A DNA stretch of 64,000 nucleotides from a virus (Duplodnaviria > Heunggongvirae > Uroviricota > Caudoviricetes), in the IMG/VR virus record IMGVR_UViG_2595698548_000001, positions 130,140-194,139 of that record, one strand, 5' to 3'. The stretch's first letter is position 1, and each line of letters opens with the position of its first letter. A program made the position numbers and the translations under genes. This document shows positions 37,432-47,952 of the stretch, piece by piece. Below the pieces are notes generated by a model. The model saw only the letters and a program-made list of their open reading frames with translations. It did not search any database and was not told the DNA's origin.

Positions 37432-40400
37432 ATGGCAACCCTGGCCGAATTCATTCGTCAGGCGGTGGCACTGGCTGACTACCGGAACCTCGCAGTGGAG
37501 AACCCGATCCCTGTGCAGCTTCCGCTGGGCAACGGCGAGAACATGACTGTTGTGGTATCCTTCATGGAGCCCAACAACGTCACTCTGCCGTTCAACGTCA
37601 GCTGGATCGTCGTCGATCCTGATTCCAACGACTACCTGAAAGTGCTGCGCCGTACCTCTGCTCTTCCGATGCCGGGCTATCGCAACACCTGGGTGGAAAT
37701 CACCACCATGGAAGACCTCATCGCAGAGCCTCAGTTCTGGGACCTCAGCAGCGGGTTCAACCTCGGTGAAGTCGAAGCTCCCCAGCTCGGTGCCGCTACG
37801 ATTGACGTGCGCGGCCTTGTGCAACTGAACCGCGAGTACGCTCCTGACCGCGATAACCCGCTGGTTGTCGGCAGCAACGACGCTCGTATGTCCAACGCCC
37901 GTACTCCGCTGCCGCATACGCACCCGAAGCTCCCCATCACCATGATGCGCGGCGCTACTGGGATCAATGCGTACACGGCCAAGATCGGCACCGCCAATTC
38001 GCCGAAAGCAGGCGAGATTCTGACCATCACTGGCCCGGGTGCTCAGCCCAATGAGTGGCTGGGCGAATGGCGTCGTCCGACTGCGGCCGATCTGGTATAC
38101 GACGGTCCTACGTTCGATGACCTGATCATCAACGGCCCAGTTGGCAACACCATCGACGAAACCATGCCGTTCACGTTCTCCGCTGACGCGGCATTCAGCG
38201 ATGGTCAGACCATCGTTGGCGTTGCTGCTTCGTGGTCTGTGATCGGTAACGGCCAGTACGCCTCGATCGGTACCCTGACTGGTATCTTCCAGTCGCTGGA
38301 CGTTGATCAGGACCAGACCGTGCGCGTCGAAGCTCGCTGGACTCACCCGGAATCGGGCGTACAGCGCAGCAAGTTCGTGGACATCCTCGTGGTCGACCGT
38401 ACCATCCAGGTCAACCTCGTCAGCATCGAACTGAACGGTCCGGACGAAATCGAAGAAAACAGCATCGCCACGTACACCGTGACGGCGCACTTCGACAACG
38501 GCACCAGCACTGGCGTAACCCCGACGACGTTCACTTCGTCCAACCCGGGTGCCGGTGAGTTCAACGCTGAGACCGGCGTATTGGAAGTTGGTGAACTCAC
38601 CACCGACCAGACCACTACGATCAGCGCGACCTACAACTTCAATGGCGTTACTCGGGATGCTACCTTGCAGGTTAGCTGCCTGGACACCACTGTCTATCCG
38701 GCCAATGCCGTGATCGTAGGTCCGAACACCGTTGACGAAAACACCACCGTGAACTTCGTGCTGCGTGTGACCTACACCAACGGCACTCAGGTGGACGTCG
38801 CTGCTTCCGACTGGGCTTCCAGCGACGAAGAAGCAGGTACTATCAACGCGACCACAGGCGAGTTCGTGGCTGCGACCAACCTGTTCGAGGACAAGCAGAC
38901 CGTACTCACGGCCAGCTACACTCTGGAAGGTCGTACCGTCAATGCGTCCAAGCAAGTGCTGGTCAAGGACGTCACTGTGTACCCGCGCAGTGCCACGATC
39001 TTGGGCATGGCTTCGGTCAACGAAGGTACCATCGCGCAGTACCAGTTCCGCGTGACGTTCAGCGACGACACCTCGGCTGTTGTTTCCGTGTCCAACTGGG
39101 CACTCGACAACCCGGCCGTCGGCACCATCAACCCGACCACCGGTCAACTCGTTGCGGCTGCCGATGTCAGTGTGGACACTCTGGGCGTCATCAGCGCCTC
39201 GTACTCCGCCAACGGCCAGACTGTGAGCGCCACGTTCAACGTGACTGTCACCGACGAGACCAACTATCCGGCGTCCGCTCGCATCGTGGGCAACGCTCAG
39301 ATGGATGAGAACTCGACCCAGACCGTGACGTTCGAGGTGACCTACACCGACGGTAGCAAGGTAATCGAGTCGATCACCAACTGGGCTTCGTCCAACACCA
39401 GCGCTGCAACCATCGGTGCCGCAAGTGGCCTGGTAACCGCTGCTGTGAACCTCACGGCGAACGGCACCACTACGATCAGCGGCAGCTTCACCCGCGATGG
39501 TCGTACCGTGACGGCCGAACTGGCGTTGACTGTGCGTGACACCACGAACTATCCTGTGAGTGCTGTCATCAACGGTCCTGCAACCATCAACGAAGGCGGG
39601 CAGGCAGACTATACGCTGGCTGTTACCTTCACCGATGGCACTACGGCAAACCGTGCAGCCAACTGGAGCATCACTGGTGGCAACGGCGCTACGATCAATA
39701 CGTCGGGTCGCGTAACTGCACCTGCAAACGTGGACGCCAACACCGGCGCTACGATCAACGCCTCGTTCACTCTGGACGGTCGTACGGTCAACGCACCTGC
39801 ACGTGCAATCCAGATCATCGATACGACTGTGTATCCGAGCACGGCGCGCATCATCGGCCCGAACTCGGTCCCGGAAAACACGTCGCAGACGTACCAGCTG
39901 GAAGTTACCTTCAGCGATGCCACCAAGGCTATCGTGCCGGTTACCAACTGGGCGTCCAGTGTGCCTACTACAGGTACCATTGACGCGAACACCGGCCTGT
40001 TCAGTGCTCTGGAAACCACCGGCAACAAGGTCACCAAAATCACCGCGTCGTACACTGCACAAGGCCGCACTGTCGGCAGCGAGCTGAACATCACTGTGGT
40101 TGACGCCACCAACTATCCGGTCTCGGCCGCGATTGAAGGTCCGGCTGTCGTGGCTGAGGATGGCACTGCGCAGTACAACCTGCGGGTGACGTTCACCGAT
40201 ACCACGTCGTCTTTGGTGCCAGTCACTGACTGGGCATCGAGCAACGAGGGCGTTGGCGTCATCAACCCGACCACTGGTGCGTTTGTCGCTGCTGCAAACC
40301 TGCTGGCCGATGGCACTACCACGATCAGCGCGTCGTACACGTCCGAAGGTATCCGCGTCGATGCCCAGCTCACCGTTACCGTGGAAGACGAAACCGTCTA

Positions 40401-42006
40401 TCCGGTTAGCGCTGTGATCACCGGTGCAGCCGTCGTGGACTCGCTGCAAACCTCGCAGTATGAGCTGCGCGTGACCTTCGATGACAACTCGACCCTGGTA
40501 ATGCAGGCTGATAGCTGGTCGTCGAGCAACACCACCACCGGCGGCACCATCGACGAGAACGGCCTGTTCACTGCTGTCGAGAACGTGTCTGGTTCCAACA
40601 TCAACACGACTCTGACCGCGACCTACAGCCTGGATGGTCGTGAAGTCACCGCGACTCGCGTTATCGCCGTGCATGACGTGACGAACTATCCGGCAAGCGT
40701 CGCTATCAGCGGCCCGAACTCGGTGAACTCGTCCGTGAGTGATGGTCCTGGCACTGCGCAGTACACCGCGGAAGTGACGTATCTGGACGGTACCAAGAAC
40801 ACGCTACCCTCCGGTACGTGGTCTGTCGAAGGCGCTTCACAGTCCGATCCTGTGGGCACCATCGATGCGGCCGGCCTGTTCACTGCCAACCAAACTCCGG
40901 GTGGCGGCAACCGCAACATTTCGATCAAGTTCAGCTACACCGAATTTGGTCGTACCGTCAACGGCTCCAAGTCTGTGGCGTTCGTTGTTGTGCCGATTCC
41001 GCAGTCGCTGGCCATCAATGGTCCGAGCGAAGTGGCTTCGGATGTTTCGCAGCCGTACACTGCACGCCTGACGCTGAACAACGGTGGCACCATGGACGTA
41101 CTCGCTACGTTCAGCACTACCGCAGCATCCAACATCGCGTCCATGTCGGCGGATGGTACTCTGGCTGTGCAACATCTGGCCGCAGATACTCCGATCGAAC
41201 TGCACGCGACGTACACTGGCAATGGCATCACTGTCACCGCCGACCGCACCATCACTGGTAAGAAGGCGGTGGAACTCGATAGCATCACTGTATCGGGTCC
41301 GACCAACCTTGCCAGCGGTAACAGCGCGCAGTACACAGTCACTGCTCACTACGACAACGGAACCACGGCTGATGTTACGGCCTCGGCTACGTTCTCCAGC
41401 AGTGTTCCTGCTGCCGGTACGTTCAGTGGCGTGACTCGCGGTCTGTTCCAGGCTGCAAACGTGCAGAGCGACACCGACACCGTGCTGACGTTCGGCTTCA
41501 CTGCGAACGGCATCAGCCGATCCGCCACTGTCAACCTGCAGGTGGCTGCTCCGTTGCCAACTGGTAGCAACTTGCCGCGCTACGGCGTAGCAATGTTCTC
41601 CGACACGGACTTCACCGGCGGTAAGACTGGCACTGACGTGAACTACGGTAATCCGTACACCCGTTGGTCCGGTATCCAGGACTTCGCCGATTCGGTGTTG
41701 ACCAACCTGATGCCGAGCGCCAACAGCAGCGAGCAGTTCACGCTCAACATCGGCGAAGCCCAGTACGGCTACTTCATGCACTTGAAGTCGCTGTCCAACT
41801 ACTGCGAGTTCACCGATCTTGCGATCAACGTGCCTGGCGGTATGGGCGGTATCACGTGGACTCCGGAAGGTGAAATCGGCAGCACCTTCGATCCGATCGA
41901 AGTTACCTACGACTGTCACGATGGCAACGGCCCGCAACAGTGGCTGGTGTATCGTACCGACTGGGATACCCTCGGCTCGATTACCTTCAGGGTTCGTTAC
42001 ACCTGA
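37432..42006 (+). CDS. large virion fibre/decoration protein with about 12 Ig-like repeats
   Basis: About 95-aa Thr-rich repeats YP.SA.I.GP..V.E....Y...VTF.DGT...W.SS...GTI...G; fibre motif ARTPLPHTH; C-terminal GG.GG..W domain. Confidence 0.85.
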   Translation: MATLAEFIRQAVALADYRNLAVENPIPVQLPLGNGENMTVVVSFMEPNNVTLPFNVSWIVVDPDSNDYLKVLRRTSALPMPGYRNTWVEITTMEDLIAEPQFWDLSSGFNLGEVEAPQLGAATIDVRGLVQLNREYAPDRDNPLVVGSNDARMSNARTPLPHTHPKLPITMMRGATGINAYTAKIGTANSPKAGEILTITGPGAQPNEWLGEWRRPTAADLVYDGPTFDDLIINGPVGNTIDETMPFTFSADAAFSDGQTIVGVAASWSVIGNGQYASIGTLTGIFQSLDVDQDQTVRVEARWTHPESGVQRSKFVDILVVDRTIQVNLVSIELNGPDEIEENSIATYTVTAHFDNGTSTGVTPTTFTSSNPGAGEFNAETGVLEVGELTTDQTTTISATYNFNGVTRDATLQVSCLDTTVYPANAVIVGPNTVDENTTVNFVLRVTYTNGTQVDVAASDWASSDEEAGTINATTGEFVAATNLFEDKQTVLTASYTLEGRTVNASKQVLVKDVTVYPRSATILGMASVNEGTIAQYQFRVTFSDDTSAVVSVSNWALDNPAVGTINPTTGQLVAAADVSVDTLGVISASYSANGQTVSATFNVTVTDETNYPASARIVGNAQMDENSTQTVTFEVTYTDGSKVIESITNWASSNTSAATIGAASGLVTAAVNLTANGTTTISGSFTRDGRTVTAELALTVRDTTNYPVSAVINGPATINEGGQADYTLAVTFTDGTTANRAANWSITGGNGATINTSGRVTAPANVDANTGATINASFTLDGRTVNAPARAIQIIDTTVYPSTARIIGPNSVPENTSQTYQLEVTFSDATKAIVPVTNWASSVPTTGTIDANTGLFSALETTGNKVTKITASYTAQGRTVGSELNITVVDATNYPVSAAIEGPAVVAEDGTAQYNLRVTFTDTTSSLVPVTDWASSNEGVGVINPTTGAFVAAANLLADGTTTISASYTSEGIRVDAQLTVTVEDETVYPVSAVITGAAVVDSLQTSQYELRVTFDDNSTLVMQADSWSSSNTTTGGTIDENGLFTAVENVSGSNINTTLTATYSLDGREVTATRVIAVHDVTNYPASVAISGPNSVNSSVSDGPGTAQYTAEVTYLDGTKNTLPSGTWSVEGASQSDPVGTIDAAGLFTANQTPGGGNRNISIKFSYTEFGRTVNGSKSVAFVVVPIPQSLAINGPSEVASDVSQPYTARLTLNNGGTMDVLATFSTTAASNIASMSADGTLAVQHLAADTPIELHATYTGNGITVTADRTITGKKAVELDSITVSGPTNLASGNSAQYTVTAHYDNGTTADVTASATFSSSVPAAGTFSGVTRGLFQAANVQSDTDTVLTFGFTANGISRSATVNLQVAAPLPTGSNLPRYGVAMFSDTDFTGGKTGTDVNYGNPYTRWSGIQDFADSVLTNLMPSANSSEQFTLNIGEAQYGYFMHLKSLSNYCEFTDLAINVPGGMGGITWTPEGEIGSTFDPIEVTYDCHDGNGPQQWLVYRTDWDTLGSITFRVRYT
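38098..41550 (+). repeat. tandem Ig-like coding repeats, about 282-300 nt period, 12 units
   Basis: Unit starts at about 38098, 38413, 38694, 38980, 39265, 39550, 39832, 40114, 40399, 40687, 40993 and 41272. Confidence 0.8.
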
Positions 42007-42021
42007 TAGGTCAACCACTAA

Positions 42022-42049
42022 GGACGGGTCTTCGGGCCCGTCCGTTTTT
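42022..42049 (+). terminator. intrinsic terminator
   Basis: ggacgggtc-TTCG-ggcccgtcc-gttttt. Confidence 0.9.
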
Positions 42050-42060
42050 GGAGTTCTGCT

Positions 42061-43017
42061 ATGCCACTCTACGCATCTGCTTTTTTCGTGCCTACGAGTG
42101 CTGGTGTGCCGTACATTCTGGAGGATATTTATCTCCGTGGCGGCTACCGCTCCGTGGCAACAATCGCGGATCGTGATGCAATCAAATCTGCTGCGCGTAA
42201 GCAAGGTGCGATTGTCTACGTCCGTGAAGACACAACTCTCTACTGGCTGCCCGATACGGCCGTCGCTGGGTCCGATGCTTGGAAGCCATTTGACGTGACC
42301 CGTTACGTCAACTTCGTCTGGGATGCACCGCTGTCTCTCGATACCGAGACGGAGCCGGGTAAGTTCCATGTGAAGATCGACGGGAAGCGCATTGTCCCAG
42401 TGATCTTGGAAGAACACGCAGGCTTCGTGCTGATCGTTGGCGAGGGCGGCAACCCTGTGTGGGCTAAGCTGGATGCCTTGCCTAATCGTGATGCTGCCGC
42501 TGCTGGCCATGCGCTGATCTTGGATGCCCAGAAGAATCCGATCTGGGGTGCCGTGTCCTCGCTCCCATCTACCGAAGGTGTTGCGCAGGGTTCCGCCCTT
42601 GTCGTCGATTCCGAAGGCGGTGCTGTTTGGGGCGAAGCTGCCAAGAAGGCGCGCATTACACCTGAGCATTCCCCGGGTCCGATCATTGCGGCTGGCACTG
42701 CACAGTTTGAACTCACGCTGAACTCCCAGTTCGGTGCCGTGCTTCGTCTGGCTGTGTCGCATCCTGATCTGGTTGTCGAACTGCATCGCGCAGAAACCTT
42801 CGACGACACCAACCCGTACACGTTCATTTCGTCTGTTGCCAAGCTCGAAGACGATGGCATCACCGTCCTCGAAGGCGGCGAAATCCAGAAATCCCGTCGC
42901 TATGGGTTCTTCGAGGCTGCCACGGCCGTCGAGCCCAAGATGTACGTCAAGATCACCAACGAAGGACAGGACTCGGTCGAGCCTACTCTCTACCTGACGT
43001 TCCTGCCTATGGAGTAA
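42061..43017 (+). CDS. tail fibre-like virion protein
   Basis: GGYRSVATIADRDAI...GAIVYVREDTTLYWL is a common fibre N-terminal motif; three short GxVL...G.P.W repeats. Confidence 0.6.
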   Translation: MPLYASAFFVPTSAGVPYILEDIYLRGGYRSVATIADRDAIKSAARKQGAIVYVREDTTLYWLPDTAVAGSDAWKPFDVTRYVNFVWDAPLSLDTETEPGKFHVKIDGKRIVPVILEEHAGFVLIVGEGGNPVWAKLDALPNRDAAAAGHALILDAQKNPIWGAVSSLPSTEGVAQGSALVVDSEGGAVWGEAAKKARITPEHSPGPIIAAGTAQFELTLNSQFGAVLRLAVSHPDLVVELHRAETFDDTNPYTFISSVAKLEDDGITVLEGGEIQKSRRYGFFEAATAVEPKMYVKITNEGQDSVEPTLYLTFLPME

Positions 43018-43020
43018 GTC

Positions 43021-44211
43021 ATGCTGATGATCGCCGAAGCTAAAGTGAAGGACTTGGCGACAATGTCCTGGTTTACCTACACCGGCGAGAAGGCGATCAA
43101 GCTCGGTACGGACAAACAGTTCAACCAGAAGCATCCACTCGTGGTGCGCCCAGGTGAACTGGTCGGTCTGAAAAAAGCTGCCCGTGGTCCAGGTGCTGGC
43201 AACTACCAAGTTGTGCTGGGCCACGCGGTGCATGTCCTCTTCCGCAACGTCACGCAGAAGATGATCGATAAGATCGAGGGCAAGCTCAAGCCGTACAAGG
43301 GTAAGCCACCGGAGCATGGTCAACTTCAGGAAGGTAAGAAGCGCACCACGAAGGTGCGTATCCGAGAAAAGGAAACCTCCGACAAGCTGGTTGCTGATCT
43401 GTTCAAACCCGAAGGGCCTGTGCGAGAGAACGCTACCTACAACAGGGAGAACTACCAATGGCGCCGTGTTGTTCACGCTGGCGTCGCGGTGAAATCCTTG
43501 AAGCAGGGTCGTTCCAAGTACAGTACCCAAGAAGGCGATGTCGTCGGTATGCGTTACATGACCAAGGCGCGTGGTGGCTTCATCATCCTGCCAAACATGC
43601 AGCGCGTCAACATTGATCACGACACCTACATGAAGCTCATCGAGTCCACGCGCATCCAACCGTCCTCGAAGCAACAAAAAGGCATCGTGATTCTCGCCGA
43701 CGTTAAGGCAACCCTGCCGAAAGAGACGCGCAATCGCAAGAAGAAGGAACCAGAACCGGACGTTCGCATCCAGCGCGGTGAGCCCGAGAAAACGGCTGGC
43801 CGACGGATGCAACGTGACATCAAAGGCTTCACGCATGACCACGACATCCCAGACGTGGACATTGAAGACGACGAACTGGAAGACGAAGCTCCATCGCAGG
43901 TGCCAGAAGCGCACCAGCCTGCGAAGGTGATCAGAGTCGGCTCGTTGCTCCAGAGCGCCAAGCGCCCTGACAACAAGTTTGCTGTCGTGGACGCCGAAGT
44001 ACACGAAACGTACACCGAGTTCTCCCTCTACAGTCTGCGTACCAAGGATGTGCGTAAGCTGAGGATGTCCAACGATACCGACATGTCCAACACCAAGTCC
44101 GTTCTGGTGCTCGGTGATGTGTCCAAGTCGGAACTCGCCGCAGGTAAACGGGCTTTCAACAAGGCTGTAAAAGATAAGAAGTTTACCGTCGGCACCATTC
44201 ATGACCAGTGA
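43021..44211 (+). CDS. hypothetical basic protein with possibly duplicated SH3-like segments
   Basis: RPGELVGLK, QEGDVVGMR and RVGSLLQ segments; an acidic linker. Confidence 0.65.
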   Translation: MLMIAEAKVKDLATMSWFTYTGEKAIKLGTDKQFNQKHPLVVRPGELVGLKKAARGPGAGNYQVVLGHAVHVLFRNVTQKMIDKIEGKLKPYKGKPPEHGQLQEGKKRTTKVRIREKETSDKLVADLFKPEGPVRENATYNRENYQWRRVVHAGVAVKSLKQGRSKYSTQEGDVVGMRYMTKARGGFIILPNMQRVNIDHDTYMKLIESTRIQPSSKQQKGIVILADVKATLPKETRNRKKKEPEPDVRIQRGEPEKTAGRRMQRDIKGFTHDHDIPDVDIEDDELEDEAPSQVPEAHQPAKVIRVGSLLQSAKRPDNKFAVVDAEVHETYTEFSLYSLRTKDVRKLRMSNDTDMSNTKSVLVLGDVSKSELAAGKRAFNKAVKDKKFTVGTIHDQ

Positions 44212-46157
44212 GCATCATGGACAAGACTACTCTTTCTAAAATCAAACGGAATCCCAGAGGGTTTGCCGAGGGCTTGACCCTCGGTGAGCTCCGCAAAACA
44301 CTGCAACACTTCGACTACGAATATCACGACAAGAACCAAAGCTCGGTCCCTGACCAGGTGTATGACGTTCTCCGCGATGTTCACGATGAGCGCTCCAAGA
44401 AACCGTATTCCCGCGTGGGTGCCAAAAGCTCGCACGCGGCTCGTCGCGTCAAACTACCTGAACCAATGGGTAGTCTTTCCAAGCTCAAGCCCGGCTCGTC
44501 CGGGCTTTTGGCGTTCCTGGACAAAGGCCCGTTCGTTGTTTCCGATAAGGAAGACGGCATTAGCCTGGAGCTGATCTACGAGAACCACGTGCTCTCGCGT
44601 GCGTTGCAGCGTGGTGACGGCAAGATCGGCACGGATTCCTCGGGCGTGATCCCTGCTCTCAAGGTTCCGCAGCGCGTCAAGGTACCTGAACTCATCGTTC
44701 GCGTTGAGTTCACCATGACCAAGCAGACATTTGACCGTCACTTCAACAGCGCCAAGGGCGGACAATACGACACCGCGCGTAACGGTGCCGGCGGCCTGCT
44801 CAATCGTAACGAGCCGACGCAAGCCATCAGCAAGATCAAGTGTATCGCACACGAAATCATGCGTGGCCCGTTTGCCCGCAAGGCTCCGAGCAAGCAGTTC
44901 GCCTACTTGAAATCGCTGGGTTTCGACGTGGTACCGCATAAGGTATACCCGACGCTAAGCGAGAAGGTGCTGTCCAATCTGCTGGCTCTGCGCAAGGCTC
45001 GCTCCAAGCGCGAAATCGATGGCATCGTTGTTGCCCAAGATCGTCCGTACACCGTTGTGGGTAAGTACCCAAGCCACGCGTTCGCCTTCAAGATCAACGA
45101 TCTGGAGTCGAGCGTCCTCGTCAAGGTCAAGGACGTTGAGTTCAACGAGTCTCGCTACGGTCGATTGGCTCCACGCATCCTGATCGAACCGACGAAGATC
45201 GGCGGCGTCATGGTCGAACACTTCACTGGCCACAATGGGTTCTACATCGAGCACGGCTACACGTCGAAGCTCAAGGGCTCTCAGATTCCGTACGAGCCAC
45301 GCCCGATCAACAAGGGCGCCACGATTCGTGCAGTACGGTCTGGTGACGTGATTCCGTACATCGTGGAAGTCGTCAAGGCTGCCAAGAAACCTGCACAGCC
45401 TGATGTCCCGTTCGAGTCTGATGGTGTGCATTACTACGCCAAGCACGGCGGTGGCGATGACCGTAAGGCCAAGTTGCTGCTCAACTTCTTCACGGCGTTG
45501 GAAGTGGATGGGATCAAGCGCGGCACTATCGACATTCTGATCGAGAACGGCTTCGACACCATCAAGAAGATCATCACGGCTGAGGCTGCTGACTTCGAGG
45601 AGATTCCTCGTTTCGGCCATACTAAGGCAGTGACTCTGGAACGCAACATTCGCAACAGCCTAGCCAAGAACGCAACTCTAGCCAAGCTCGGTGCGGGTAG
45701 TGCCTTGTTCGGTGACAAGTTCGGGGAGTCCCGCCTGAATGAGCTGTTTAAGGCATTGCCGAACATCGTCTACTCGGATATGTCCCAGCGCCAGATGGTT
45801 GCAGCCATCCAAGAGATTCGCGGCTTCAAGGAGCTGGCGATCAAGGCGGCCGAGGCCATGCCGAAATTCCGCCTGTTCCTGAAGCGCCTAGGCGTCAAAG
45901 TTGTGCAGCCCAAAGTGCTGAAATCCAAGAGTGCTAAGCTGGCCGGTATGTCCATCCTGTTCACCTCGGTACGCGATAAAGAGCTGGCTGAGTGGATCGT
46001 GACGAACGGTGGTAAGCTGGCATCCAGCGTCAAGTCAGCTAATTTACTCATCGTGAAGGACGAGTTCTCTACCAACAACAAGACCGAGTATGCCAATGCA
46101 AATGGCATCCCGGTTATGTCCCTGGATAAGTTCAGGGCCAAATACAAGGTGACGTGA
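44208..46157 (+). CDS. ligA: NAD+-dependent DNA ligase
   Basis: Motif I KEDG; ARNGAGGLL; EIDGIVV; FAFK; OB-fold RSGDVIP; HhH repeats; C-terminal BRCT. No Cys4 zinc finger seen. Confidence 0.93.
   Translation: MSIMDKTTLSKIKRNPRGFAEGLTLGELRKTLQHFDYEYHDKNQSSVPDQVYDVLRDVHDERSKKPYSRVGAKSSHAARRVKLPEPMGSLSKLKPGSSGLLAFLDKGPFVVSDKEDGISLELIYENHVLSRALQRGDGKIGTDSSGVIPALKVPQRVKVPELIVRVEFTMTKQTFDRHFNSAKGGQYDTARNGAGGLLNRNEPTQAISKIKCIAHEIMRGPFARKAPSKQFAYLKSLGFDVVPHKVYPTLSEKVLSNLLALRKARSKREIDGIVVAQDRPYTVVGKYPSHAFAFKINDLESSVLVKVKDVEFNESRYGRLAPRILIEPTKIGGVMVEHFTGHNGFYIEHGYTSKLKGSQIPYEPRPINKGATIRAVRSGDVIPYIVEVVKAAKKPAQPDVPFESDGVHYYAKHGGGDDRKAKLLLNFFTALEVDGIKRGTIDILIENGFDTIKKIITAEAADFEEIPRFGHTKAVTLERNIRNSLAKNATLAKLGAGSALFGDKFGESRLNELFKALPNIVYSDMSQRQMVAAIQEIRGFKELAIKAAEAMPKFRLFLKRLGVKVVQPKVLKSKSAKLAGMSILFTSVRDKELAEWIVTNGGKLASSVKSANLLIVKDEFSTNNKTEYANANGIPVMSLDKFRAKYKVT
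46038..46045 (+). promoter_or_regulatory. candidate late-promoter motif GCTAATTT inside the ligA 3' end
   Basis: About 110 nt upstream of the block of basic proteins; GCTAATTTACTC is identical to the 35013 copy. Confidence 0.4.
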
Positions 46158-46582
46158 TGGCGGCAATCAAAATCAACCTCGCGGAAGCGGCTAATCGGGA
46201 TGATCCTGATTTTGCCGCATTGCGTCAGCATCCGCGTTACGGTGATGCCGTGAAAATACTGCAGGCGCGTGGTTTGCGTCCGCAGGGCGTTCGCGGCTAC
46301 CCAGCACTGCTCGACATTCTCAAGCAATTCGATGATGGAACGGTCGACGTTAAACGTGAGAGCGAGCCGCTGGCGCTTGCCAACCTGCGACGTGATCTTC
46401 CGCGTGAACTGGAAAAGCTGCGCGAACTTCAAGGCATCGTCAAGTCCATGCAGGATGAAGATGTTGAACCCGAGGAGCTCGAAGCCGCACTTCAGGATGT
46501 CCAACACCAACTGCATCGTGTGGCAGGTTTGCGTAAGGCGATCACTCGCTTGTACGACCGCCATCGCAAACAAAAGAACTAG
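46154..46582 (+). CDS. hypothetical protein
   Basis: 142-aa helical/coiled-coil ORF. Confidence 0.7.
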   Translation: MMAAIKINLAEAANRDDPDFAALRQHPRYGDAVKILQARGLRPQGVRGYPALLDILKQFDDGTVDVKRESEPLALANLRRDLPRELEKLRELQGIVKSMQDEDVEPEELEAALQDVQHQLHRVAGLRKAITRLYDRHRKQKN

Positions 46583-46590
46583 GAGTTCTC

Positions 46591-47520
46591 ATGGCACTCA
46601 TTCATATCAATGCTGACGGTTCTTTCGAGGCTGTTGCTGCTGGCAGTTCGTTCGATACTGCCTACAAGGAACTCAAGGCGAAAGTCACTGCGTTGAAGGC
46701 CGACATCGCCGCGGCTCGAAAAACGGTGAACCCGCTCAAGCGCATCGCCGGCCTGAAACTGCAATTGCAGCACGCCCAGCCCAAACGCGCAGCCAAGATC
46801 AAAGAAATGATCAACGGCCTGCGCACCAAATTCAACCTCAGTCCAAAAGCGACCATCGGCGGTACTCAACGCGCTGTTGACAAGATGGAGACGCAACTGG
46901 CCAAGGTCGAAGCGCGTATTGAAAAACTGCGCGAGAAGAACTCCAACCGTCTTCAACCAAAGACGCCTGCCAAGAAGGCAAGCCAGCCTACCGCCAAGAA
47001 AGCAGTGACCCGCAAAGTCAGCTTCGACACGGAAGCTCGTCGCGCCGCCCGTGAGACCACCATGGGCATCAAGGGCAAGTTGCGTGAACTGGACGCCAAG
47101 TCCAAAGAGCCGACCAAGAAGAAGCCCGCCAAGGCAACAGTCAAGCATCCAGGCAGCGTAAGCACTGGCGCCAAAGCAACTGTGTTGGCTACGATCAAGC
47201 AGATCAAAGCTGACATCGCCAAGGGCCTGACGGGTCCGAAGCTGGCCCGTGCACAGGCTGAACTCAAGAAGCAGCGCGCTGCTCTGCGGGAACTGCGTAA
47301 AGGCGAGTCTGCCAAGAACGCTGCTGCCGTAGCTCCGCGTGCCAAGGCTTCCAAAGCTGGTATGGGCAGCGCCGACAAGAAGCCCTCCTCGAACGAGAAG
47401 CGCATCGAGTCGCTGCGTGCCAAGCTCAAGCCGCTGAAACCAGGCTCGCCCGAGTATCGTCAGATCATGACCAAGATCAAGACGCTGCAAGGCCGTTCTC
47501 CCGTCGGTGGCAACCGCTGA
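46591..47520 (+). CDS. second Lys/Ala-rich basic (histone-like) protein
   Basis: 309 aa with very high K/A/R content and coiled-coil segments; AGGAG RBS. Confidence 0.7.
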   Translation: MALIHINADGSFEAVAAGSSFDTAYKELKAKVTALKADIAAARKTVNPLKRIAGLKLQLQHAQPKRAAKIKEMINGLRTKFNLSPKATIGGTQRAVDKMETQLAKVEARIEKLREKNSNRLQPKTPAKKASQPTAKKAVTRKVSFDTEARRAARETTMGIKGKLRELDAKSKEPTKKKPAKATVKHPGSVSTGAKATVLATIKQIKADIAKGLTGPKLARAQAELKKQRAALRELRKGESAKNAAAVAPRAKASKAGMGSADKKPSSNEKRIESLRAKLKPLKPGSPEYRQIMTKIKTLQGRSPVGGNR

Positions 47521-47592
47521 TAAGCAACACCAGTACCGTGGCTCGGACTAACCATCCGAGTCGCGGTTTGTCCGCATCTACGGAGCACGTCA

Positions 47593-47943
47593 ATGCAGCT
47601 ACTCATTGCCATGGCCTCTGCGGAGGACACGCTGAACGAACGTATCCGAGCGCAGCGGAAGAAGCTGCAGGACATACGTCGCCAGCTCCAACTGTTCAAT
47701 CGTATTCGACCGTTGCGTGCGTCCATCAAACGCAACCTGACGACTGCGAAGAACACCAAAGACGACAACACCTTGAAACGCCTTAAGGTAGAGCGGCGTA
47801 ACGCTGCGGCGCGCATTGCAGTTCTGGAGAAGAGCCTGACATCCAAGTCGTCAGAGGCTCAATTGAAGGAGCAGTTGAAGCGCCAATCGGAACGGCTCAA
47901 TGACCTGAACACCAAGCTACGGGAGCTGCGCACTGCGGCCTAG
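47593..47943 (+). CDS. basic coiled-coil protein
   Basis: GGAG RBS; R/K/L-rich heptads. Confidence 0.7.
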   Translation: MQLLIAMASAEDTLNERIRAQRKKLQDIRRQLQLFNRIRPLRASIKRNLTTAKNTKDDNTLKRLKVERRNAAARIAVLEKSLTSKSSEAQLKEQLKRQSERLNDLNTKLRELRTAA

Positions 47944-47952
47944 GGAAACGTC

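Noticed and set aside
38098-41550. Regularly spaced repeats as a CRISPR array or DGR template/variable pair
   Set aside because: The repeats are conserved at protein level but degenerate at DNA level, lie in one ORF, and no cas or reverse transcriptase gene is present.
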